NCBI GenBank assembly: GCA_903824855.1 | Contig: CAIJYI010000041.1 | Coordinates: forward strand, 27,159-91,158 | Reading direction: 5' to 3' | Source: an uncultured bacterium | GTDB taxonomy: Bacteria > Patescibacteriota > Minisyncoccia > Phycocordibacterales > CAIJYI01 | DNA: 64,000 nucleotides | In this document: one piece after another, positions 58,191-64,000 of the stretch | How the letters are laid out: every line of letters begins with the position of its first letter | Numbering within the stretch: the stretch's first letter is position 1 | Translations under genes and position numbers: made by a program | Notes under the pieces: generated by a model | What the model was told of the DNA's origin: nothing | Seen by the model: only the letters and a program-made list of their open reading frames with translations | The model's database searches: none

Positions 58191-58820
58191 ATGTGTGAAG
58201 GAAATTGCAATCACGGACATGACGTTGATGTCGAAGAAATTTTTAACGGAGAAATCGGGGAAAAAATTCCCTCGTTTAAATTGAAGGTGTATCAAAAAGA
58301 AGAATTTAAAGACGTAAATCTTTCTGAATACCGCGGAAAATGGCTTATACTCTTTTTCTATCCTGCCGACTTTACTTTCATCTGCCCGACCGAATTGGAA
58401 GAAATGGCAAATAAATATACCGACTTTGTAAAATTGGGCGCGGAAGTTATTTCCGTGAGTACCGATACTGTTTTTACCCATAAAGCATGGCATGACACTT
58501 CGGAAGCGGTGAAGAAAATCACTTTCCCGATGGCATCCGATATGAGCGGAGAACTCTCCCGAACTTTTGGAACTTACATTTATGAAGGCGAGGATGCGGG
58601 GCTTTCTCTTCGCGGAACTTTCATTATTGATCCGGAAGGAATTCTTCGTTCCATTGAAATCAATGACAACAGCATTGGCCGAAGCGCGAAAGAACTCTTC
58701 CGAAAACTGCAAGCGGCAAAGTTTGTTCACGATCACGGAGGAAAACAAGTTTGCCCTGCGAGTTGGGAACCGGGTGATGAGTCACTTACTCCCGGAATCG
58801 ATTTGGTAGGAAAAATATAA
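58191..58820 (+). CDS. Typical 2-Cys peroxiredoxin (AhpC/TSA family) with a short Cys/His-rich N-terminal extension
   Basis: 209 aa. Peroxidatic-Cys motif FYPADFTFICPTE. A resolving Cys lies near the C-terminus (VCPA). The N-terminus is MCEGNCNHGHDVD. Confidence 0.85.
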   Translation: MCEGNCNHGHDVDVEEIFNGEIGEKIPSFKLKVYQKEEFKDVNLSEYRGKWLILFFYPADFTFICPTELEEMANKYTDFVKLGAEVISVSTDTVFTHKAWHDTSEAVKKITFPMASDMSGELSRTFGTYIYEGEDAGLSLRGTFIIDPEGILRSIEINDNSIGRSAKELFRKLQAAKFVHDHGGKQVCPASWEPGDESLTPGIDLVGKI

Positions 58821-58828
58821 ATTTGAAA

Positions 58829-58858
58829 ACCGCAGACTGGAATGTCTGCGGTTTTTTG
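58829..58858 (+). terminator. Rho-independent terminator (ACCGCAGAC-TGGAAT-GTCTGCGGT + TTTTTGTT)
   Basis: Direct reading. Confidence 0.8.
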
Positions 58859-58873
58859 TTATAATGAAAAACT

Positions 58874-59488
58874 ATGCAAACAAGTTTATTTGATATGGGT
58901 GGCGTACCGGCGAAAGAAAGTTATCTTTTTTTTGATACCGAAACTACCGGGCTTCCAAATCGATGGGGTGCGCCTGTTGAAGATGTCGAAAATTGGCCTC
59001 GCCTCGTTCAGATCGCGTGGCTTATGTTCGAAGAAAGCGGAAAAAAAACAGGGGAGGGAAATGTGATAATTCGACCTGATGGTTTTATCATTCCGCTCGA
59101 TTCCTCACGCATTCATGGAATCACTACGGAGCGGGCACTCGCAGACGGTATCCCCATTCGGCAAGCGCTGGAGACATTTCGCGATGTGATAAAAGAAACG
59201 AATTACCTTGTCGCACACAATATTGATTTTGATGAAAAAATTATCGGAGCAGAATTTATTCGTGCCGAAATGCAACACGACTTTCAGAAAAAGAAAAAGA
59301 TTTGCACCATGAAAAGTTCCGTTGATTTTTGCGCTATCCCGTCTTCTCGCGGTTTCAAATGGCCTCAGTTGAATGAACTTCACATGAAGCTTTTTGGCGA
59401 ACCATTCAAAGACGCCCACGACGCCTCCGTAGACATCGCCGCGACCGCCAAATGTTTCTGGGAACTAAGAAAAAGGGGAGTAATCTAG
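58874..59488 (+). CDS. DnaQ-like DEDDh 3'-5' exonuclease (DNA pol III epsilon family)
   Basis: 204 aa. Exo I motif FFDTETTGL. Exo II motif LVAHNIDFD. Exo III motif HDASVDI. Confidence 0.75.
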   Translation: MQTSLFDMGGVPAKESYLFFDTETTGLPNRWGAPVEDVENWPRLVQIAWLMFEESGKKTGEGNVIIRPDGFIIPLDSSRIHGITTERALADGIPIRQALETFRDVIKETNYLVAHNIDFDEKIIGAEFIRAEMQHDFQKKKKICTMKSSVDFCAIPSSRGFKWPQLNELHMKLFGEPFKDAHDASVDIAATAKCFWELRKRGVI

Positions 59489-59494
59489 GCATTT

Positions 59495-59521
59495 CCACTT
59501 GGCGGTTTCACCGCCAAGTGG
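59495..59521. repeat. REP-like palindrome (CCACTTGGCGG-TTTCA-CCGCCAAGTGG)
   Basis: Direct reading; 7 nt after the exonuclease stop. Confidence 0.85.
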
Positions 59522-59559
59522 AAATTTCAAGAGGAAAAGTTAAAGAATTATAGAAAAAA

Positions 59560-59596
59560 GGGAAGTGAAAAATCACTTCCCTTTGTTTTTTTTATT
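59560..59596. terminator. Bidirectional terminator (GGGAAGTGA-AAAA-TCACTTCCC + TTTGTTTTTTTT)
   Basis: Direct reading. Confidence 0.7.
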
Positions 59597-59786
59597 GCGC
59601 TGTTAGAAAGAGAGCTATTTTGTCACCCGGATGTATCGGGGTGCCGAGAGTGGCTCGTTTTCCGTTTAATTCGATGGAAGTAAATCTGAGTTTAAAAAGT
59701 TTCATTTTGGAGAATAAATACCCCAGTCTTTTTCCTTCGTCGGCTTCTCCGACTTCGATATAAATAATTGCTTCAGAAAATATCAT
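59592..59786 (-). CDS. Small protein (64 aa), beta-grasp/S4-like pattern ...NGKRATLGTPIHPGDKIALF (hypothetical)
   Basis: Weak motif only. Paralog-like to 59822-60007. Confidence 0.3.
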   Translation of the reverse strand: MIFSEAIIYIEVGEADEGKRLGYLFSKMKLFKLRFTSIELNGKRATLGTPIHPGDKIALFLTAQ

Positions 59787-59821
59787 CTTTGTGTACCTCG
59801 TGGCATAGTTTGAAAAAATTA

Positions 59822-60007
59822 TTATTTTTTATATAAACTGATTATGTCACCGCCGTTAACGATTTTAAAATCGCGCTTCACTTTTTTTCCGTTAATTTTT
59901 ATCAGATAAAAATCATCAAACGAATATTCAAATTCATGGAGGAGTGAAGCCAGTGTTTCCGGCTCTCGTGATATTCCGAAAGTAATGGTTGACGTTGGTG
60001 TTCTCAT
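59822..60007 (-). CDS. Small protein (61 aa) ...INGKKVKRDFKIVNGGDIISLY (hypothetical; S4/ThiS-like pattern)
   Basis: Weak motif only. Confidence 0.3.
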   Translation of the reverse strand: MRTPTSTITFGISREPETLASLLHEFEYSFDDFYLIKINGKKVKRDFKIVNGGDIISLYKK

Positions 60008-60101
60008 TTTTAATTCTCGATTGAAAAGAACGAAACCTTTCCCATCATACGCTAACTTTCTTTATTGTCAAACATCGGTTCTTGTGTTACAGTAAGCTCT
60101 C

Positions 60102-61100
60102 ATGGAATTTTCAATGATTAAAGAAATACTGGCTCGTGAGCCGAAATACCGTTTGGTCCAGGTGAACCAAGCGATTTTTTCCGATCTTGCAGAAAGCTGG
60201 GACGAAGTCACCGCACTTCCAAAAAAACTTCGCGAAACTTTGCAGGCGGAATGCCCGCTTGAAATCAATGCCGAACTCTCTTTATCCGATGATAAAGATA
60301 CCGCAAAGGCCCTTATTCGCCTCGCTGATGGAAAATTTATTGAAACAGTCCTTATGCGCCACGAAGACGGTCGCAACACCGTATGCGTGTCATGTATGGT
60401 CGGGTGTCCGATGAAATGTGCTTTCTGCGCGACGGGTGAAATGGGACTTTTGCGAAAATTAACCGCTGATGAAATCATTACACAAGTTTTGTTTTTCTCG
60501 CGCTTTTTAAAGAAAGAAAATGCCCGTGTCGGGAGTGTTGTTTTTATGGGAATGGGTGAACCTTTTTTGAATTACGATAATGTGATGCAGGCGGTAAGAA
60601 TCTTAAATAATCCTGAATGTTTCGGTATCGGAGCGCGTCATATTTCAATTTCCACCTGTGGAATTTTTGACGGCATCAGAAAACTTACTACGGAAGATAT
60701 TGCCGTGAATCTTGCCATCTCGCTTCATGCACCAAACGATGAAGTACGCAGGAAAATTATGCCTGTGGCGGAAGGGTATACGATTGCGGAACTTCTCACC
60801 GTGATTGATGAATATATCGCAAAAACTCGTCGAAAAGTTATGTTTGAATATCTTTTGATTGACGGAGTAAATGATACCGACGAAATGGCTCGAGAACTTG
60901 CTACAATCTTGAAACATAAATTATGCGTAGTGAATCTTATTCAATACAACGACACCGGCGCTTTCGTCGCGTCATCGCATAATCGTATGAATCGTTTCAA
61001 AGAAATTCTTGAAAAAGCAAAAATAGAAGTAACAATGCGCTACCGTTTCGGACGAGACATAAAAGGCGCCTGTGGCCAACTCGCTACCGGCAGAAATTAA
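60102..61100 (+). CDS. rlmN: Radical-SAM 23S rRNA/tRNA adenine-C2 methyltransferase (RlmN/Cfr family)
   Basis: 332 aa. The CxxxCxxC cluster is CPMKCAFCATG. A conserved upstream Cys lies in CVSCMVGC, and the C-terminal catalytic Cys in GACGQL. Confidence 0.85.
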   Translation: MEFSMIKEILAREPKYRLVQVNQAIFSDLAESWDEVTALPKKLRETLQAECPLEINAELSLSDDKDTAKALIRLADGKFIETVLMRHEDGRNTVCVSCMVGCPMKCAFCATGEMGLLRKLTADEIITQVLFFSRFLKKENARVGSVVFMGMGEPFLNYDNVMQAVRILNNPECFGIGARHISISTCGIFDGIRKLTTEDIAVNLAISLHAPNDEVRRKIMPVAEGYTIAELLTVIDEYIAKTRRKVMFEYLLIDGVNDTDEMARELATILKHKLCVVNLIQYNDTGAFVASSHNRMNRFKEILEKAKIEVTMRYRFGRDIKGACGQLATGRN

Positions 61101-61120
61101 TTTGTTTATTTCAAATAATT

Positions 61121-61145
61121 CACTTGGCGGTTTCACCGCCAAGTG
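61121..61145. repeat. REP-like palindrome (TTTCA loop orientation) 17 nt upstream of the RAYT gene
   Basis: Direct reading. Confidence 0.85.
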
Positions 61146-61161
61146 ATATGATTGCTGAACT

Positions 61162-61818
61162 ATGAATAGACAACCAATGGTAACAGGGGAATTTTATCAT
61201 GCATACAATCACGGAGTGGAAGACCGCGACATTATTCTTGATAATTTTGATGCTCTCCGTTTTTTAGAAAGTATGAGAGTGTTTAACTGTGTACAACCCA
61301 TCGGTAGTATATACGAGCAGTCATTTGTTCACGAAAATTTACTTGGCGGTGAAACCGCCAAGTCAAAATTGGTTAACATCGTTGCCTATTGTATTAATCC
61401 GAATCACTTCCATTTATTACTTGAACAGGTGTCAGATAATGGAATAAGCGAATTCATGAAGCGTTTAGGAGGAGGATATACATGGTATTACAACAATAAA
61501 CATAAGAGAAAAGGAAGTCTGTTCCGGGGTGTTTTTCGCTCATCTCATATCTCCACAGACGCATACATAAATCATTTAAGTGCTTATATAAATCTAAATG
61601 ATCACGTTCATCAACTTGGCGGTGAAACCGCCAAGTTGGTTAAGTCGAGTTGGGGAGAGTATATTGGAAAAGTTACTCATCCGATGTGCACAAAAGAAAT
61701 TGTTTTAGGTCAATTCAAAAATAAAAAAGAATATAAAAAATATGCAGAAGATTCTCTCTCCGGAATGCAGGACAGAAAAAAAATAGAAAGAGAAGAAAAA
61801 TATTTAATGATTGATTAA
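61162..61818 (+). CDS. REP-associated tyrosine transposase (RAYT; IS200/IS605 TnpA-like HUH Y1 enzyme) carrying two in-frame REP copies
   Basis: 218 aa. HUH motif is NPNHFHLLLE. The region GGGYTWYYNNKHKRKGSLFRGVF resembles the TnpA core, and the catalytic-Tyr region is AYINHLSAYINLN. REP-encoded NLLGGETAKSKL and HQLGGETAKLVK interrupt it. Confidence 0.75.
   Translation: MNRQPMVTGEFYHAYNHGVEDRDIILDNFDALRFLESMRVFNCVQPIGSIYEQSFVHENLLGGETAKSKLVNIVAYCINPNHFHLLLEQVSDNGISEFMKRLGGGYTWYYNNKHKRKGSLFRGVFRSSHISTDAYINHLSAYINLNDHVHQLGGETAKLVKSSWGEYIGKVTHPMCTKEIVLGQFKNKKEYKKYAEDSLSGMQDRKKIEREEKYLMID
61341..61363. repeat. REP-like palindrome inside the RAYT ORF (encodes LLGGETAKS)
   Basis: Direct reading. 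Confidence 0.85.
61614..61636. repeat. REP-like palindrome inside the RAYT ORF (encodes QLGGETAKL)
   Basis: Direct reading. Confidence 0.85.
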
Positions 61819-61823
61819 TTTTT

Positions 61824-61848
61824 CACTTGGCGGTGAAACCGCCAAGTG
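61824..61848. repeat. REP-like palindrome (TGAAA loop orientation) 6 nt after the RAYT stop; inverted relative to 61121-61145
   Basis: Direct reading. Confidence 0.85.
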
Positions 61849-61860
61849 AAAAAGTATAAA

Positions 61861-61890
61861 AAATCCCCCGATGTGGGGGATTTATGTTTA
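61861..61890 (+). terminator. Terminator-like hairpin (AAATCCCCC-GATGT-GGGGGATTT) + ATGTTTAT
   Basis: Direct reading. Confidence 0.5.
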
Positions 61891-61931
61891 TGGAATCTCA
61901 ACAAAAGATTGGGTGCCAATGAAGTCTTGGG

Positions 61932-62168
61932 TTATCGTAGCCGATGATTCGGTGGGTGGTAAATACTGCTTCGTTGGTAATCGTTGCAATTTCGTTTTTT
62001 TAAAACGGTGCCGAGAACGATTAATTCGGTAGGGTGCATAACGTTTGTTGATACACGTTCTTTACCGAGAACTAAGGTGATGGCTTTGATTTGAAATCTT
62101 CTCCAACCCTCTTCTTTTCTTAAGAGCGTCATTTTTGTCGTTCTTTGGTTTGTTTTTTCGTTGTACAT
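61932..62168 (-). CDS. Small hypothetical protein (78 aa)
   Basis: Open frame only; no family recognised. Confidence 0.3.
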   Translation of the reverse strand: MYNEKTNQRTTKMTLLRKEEGWRRFQIKAITLVLGKERVSTNVMHPTELIVLGTVLKKRNCNDYQRSSIYHPPNHRLR

Positions 62169-62240
62169 GAGATAACTCCAAAATAAGTGTTATATAATTC
62201 TGTTTTTATTATATCATAAATTAATAAAAAAGTCAATATA

Positions 62241-62280
62241 AAAACACCCCTTTGCGAGCTTCGCAAAGGGGTGTTTTTAT
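62241..62280. terminator. Long perfect hairpin (AAAACACCCCTTTGCGA-GCT-TCGCAAAGGGGTGTTTT) between 61932-62168 and the MgtC gene
   Basis: Direct reading. Confidence 0.7.
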
Positions 62281-62290
62281 TGAGTATAAT

Positions 62291-63610
62291 TTAGGGGATG
62301 AATAACAACCCCGCAAAACTTGAAATGGCGACGATGGAAATGGCGATGATGAAACGAACGGCAAATTTTTTCGTACCCTGAAGGTAGGAGTAAACCGCTT
62401 TGCTAATTAAGTTCGTTGCGTTTACCAAGAGGAACACGATTAAGGCAAATTTGAGAGTAATAGTCGGTCCGGCCATTTCCGCGAGATTGATAACGATAGC
62501 ATCCATTCCGACAAATGAGGCGATAATGGAACTGATGATAAATCCTGCATTTCCGAACATGATCAAACAGATTTTTGTGAGAAGTTTAACACAGGTGATA
62601 AGTACCGCAAATTTGAGGGCTGATTCAAGAGAGAAAATTTTGAAATCTTTGATACCGCGTTCTTCCACGGTTATTTCCGGCTCGTGTTTTTTGAGGAAAT
62701 AAATGGAAAGTAATCCTGCGGTCGCAATCATTATGAGCAAGCTCGGAATAAGTGAAATGAGCCATTGGCCATTGAGAGGCCCTGCAAGGAGAAATACCTG
62801 CATAAAACTTGCCATGTTGGAGAGAAGTGCTGCTCCGATGAGGTAATTTATTACATGGCTTTTTTGACTGCGAAGAGCGAGTGATTGAGTGGTGGAAGTT
62901 GAAGAAACAAATCCTCCGAGAAAGCTTGCGACGGTAAAACTGCTTTTATTACCGATAAGTCTACCTAACGCATATCCGAAGACGTCGATTCCTGTAATGA
63001 GTACGACAACAAACCACAGTTTTTGGGGATTGATTATCTCAAGATTCATGAATGGTCCGATGGAAAGATTCATATTCTGGATTATCTGAACGACGACGGG
63101 GATACTATTGAGTGAATAGCCGATATTTGGAAGAAAGGGAAGAATGACGAGCGAAATAATCGCGTAATTGATGAACGATTGAATCTCATTTTGCGATACG
63201 CCTTGTACGAGTTGTTTTGACTTCGCTTTAATCGATAAGATCATGACAAGTACGACAAAAATGGCGACGATGAGCTGAAGCGGAACGATATCAAGCATCG
63301 GTAACATTCCGATAATAAACGTGAAAAATGTTGCGACTTCGGTGGTCATTCCGAAATCTCCCGTGCGCACCGAACCTGTGGCATAATAAATCAGAATCAT
63401 CACGAAGAAACAAATCGCGATGGCTAAGGAAAGAATGACAAGGTTGTTAATGTAAAAGATTCCACATATGGCACCGAGAAGAGCGATAAGCGCGTAGGTT
63501 CTCATTCCTCCGGCTGAACCTTCTTGTGGTTGTCCTGTTTCCCTTTCTAATCCGACTGCGGCGCCGAAGAGGATAGAGAGAACGAGTTTAAATGCAAGAA
63601 TTGATATCAT
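62291..63610 (-). CDS. MgtC/SapB-family membrane protein fused to a DUF4010-like polytopic domain
   Basis: 439 aa. MgtC signature GAAVGLERE...AGGMRTYALIALLGA at the N-terminus, followed by about 10 TM helices. Confidence 0.65.
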   Translation of the reverse strand: MISILAFKLVLSILFGAAVGLERETGQPQEGSAGGMRTYALIALLGAICGIFYINNLVILSLAIAICFFVMILIYYATGSVRTGDFGMTTEVATFFTFIIGMLPMLDIVPLQLIVAIFVVLVMILSIKAKSKQLVQGVSQNEIQSFINYAIISLVILPFLPNIGYSLNSIPVVVQIIQNMNLSIGPFMNLEIINPQKLWFVVVLITGIDVFGYALGRLIGNKSSFTVASFLGGFVSSTSTTQSLALRSQKSHVINYLIGAALLSNMASFMQVFLLAGPLNGQWLISLIPSLLIMIATAGLLSIYFLKKHEPEITVEERGIKDFKIFSLESALKFAVLITCVKLLTKICLIMFGNAGFIISSIIASFVGMDAIVINLAEMAGPTITLKFALIVFLLVNATNLISKAVYSYLQGTKKFAVRFIIAISIVAISSFAGLLFIP

Positions 63611-63779
63611 GAATTTTATTTATGAATAAATTAAAATAATTTTAGTCGTTAATTCTATTGTACTATACATATCATTCGCATTCAAATTATTCAAAAATAA
63701 AAAAGCGTATTATTAGTCATTAATAAACTTGCTTGTCAACATTTCGCACTTCTTATTTTTACTCTATAATAGGGAACTT

Positions 63780-64000
63780 ATGACTACAAAAAACTGGGGT
63801 TTTGATATTCGAGATTTAGATACGAGTGTTCGTCCTGCTGATGATTTTTTTCATTACGCGAGCGGAGGCTGGATGAAACGCAATGCATTGCCGGCAACGG
63901 AAGCTATGTGGGGCAGTTTTACCGTGTTGCGACAAGATAATCGAAAGAAATTAAAAGCGATTGTTGAGGAGGTCGCGCAAGATAGAAAAGCGAAGGCGGG
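63780..64000 (+). CDS. M13-family metallopeptidase (PepO/neprilysin-like), 5' partial
   Basis: The first 73 aa are MTTKNWGFDIRDLDTSVRPADDFFHYASGGWMKRNALPATEAMWGSFTVL..., matching the M13 N-terminal domain. Runs off the window. Confidence 0.6.
   Translation, partial: MTTKNWGFDIRDLDTSVRPADDFFHYASGGWMKRNALPATEAMWGSFTVLRQDNRKKLKAIVEEVAQDRKAKA

Noticed and set aside
61932-62168. Tentative SpoVG-like assignment for the 78-aa minus-strand ORF
   Set aside because: Only a vague resemblance of a short hydrophobic stretch. The alignment did not hold up on closer comparison, so it is kept as hypothetical.
1013-63089. Numerous 60-150-aa track ORFs nested antisense or out-of-frame within large confident genes (e.g. 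1013-1228-, 1315-1620-, 6004-6309-, 15210-15602-, 17293-17745-, 35435-35884-, 45130-45417+, 47033-47419+, 57305-57550+, 62400-62702+)
   Set aside because: All overlap genes with clear domain evidence on the other strand or frame, and have no motifs of their own. They are typical spurious ORFs.
63733-63770. Promoter TTGTCA...TATAAT upstream of the M13 peptidase gene
   Set aside because: The spacer between the boxes is about 26 nt, too long for a functional sigma70 promoter. An alternative -35 was not convincing.
1-64000. CRISPR array, cas genes, restriction-modification, toxin-antitoxin pairs, reverse transcriptase / DGR / retron
   Set aside because: No short direct repeats with unique spacers exist; the only dispersed repeat is the palindromic REP. 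No RT, nuclease or Cas-like domains are seen. The SAM methyltransferase at 32600 lacks DNA-MTase motifs IV/VIII, and its neighbours are not endonuclease-like.

Overview
AT-rich bacterial chromosomal segment, with gene content and architecture suggesting a reduced-genome, possibly CPR/Patescibacteria-like organism. That placement is inference from a lysine-rich RpoD N-terminus, a giant beta-helix surface protein, many small secreted or anchored proteins, and an AlaRS that lacks the C-Ala domain; no phylogenetic analysis was done.

Gene content, left to right:
- a dcw-cluster fragment (ftsI, murF) and a tRNA-Glu(CUC)
- a ~14 kb island of secreted and surface proteins that contains an ECF sigma/anti-sigma pair and tandem membrane-anchored metallophosphoesterase paralogs
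- tsaC and alaS
- an FtsA/PilM-like actin-fold ATPase with a membrane partner
- the ribosomal alpha-operon block infA-rpmJ-rpsM-rpsK-rpsD-rpoA-rplQ followed by rplM-rpsI
- dnaG-rpoD
- a methyltransferase, an HD hydrolase, an AI-2E transporter and a GT4 glycosyltransferase
- a GATase1/C26 hydrolase, a PAP2 phosphatase, tRNA-Pro(CGG), a DsbA-like (CxxS) protein and pyruvate kinase
- a minus-strand purine module (xdhA, xdhB, guaD, a small membrane protein, xdhC)
- an LtaS-like sulfatase, an MFS transporter, an M3 oligopeptidase, a peroxiredoxin, a DnaQ-like exonuclease and rlmN
- an IS200-like REP-associated tyrosine transposase (RAYT) gene, an MgtC-family membrane protein, and the 5' end of an M13 peptidase gene.

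The most striking sequence-level feature is a 25-nt perfect palindrome (CACTTGGCGG-TTTCA/TGAAA-CCGCCAAGTG). It occurs 8 times in the window. Two copies flank the RAYT gene in inverted orientation, two lie in-frame inside the RAYT ORF, and one lies in-frame inside the LtaS-like ORF, always in the reading frame L-G-G-(E/F)-T-A-K.

Other notable signals:
- a 9-nt minisatellite (AAGTTCATC-like) at three loci, one of them coding within alaS
- a G11 homopolymer upstream of a (GNN)n-repeat surface-protein gene
- a duplicated ~40-nt element abutting the start codons of the ECF sigma gene and tsaC
- duplicated gene-plus-terminator modules
- two ORF-free structured regions.

No CRISPR array, rRNA, reverse transcriptase or recognisable defence system was found.
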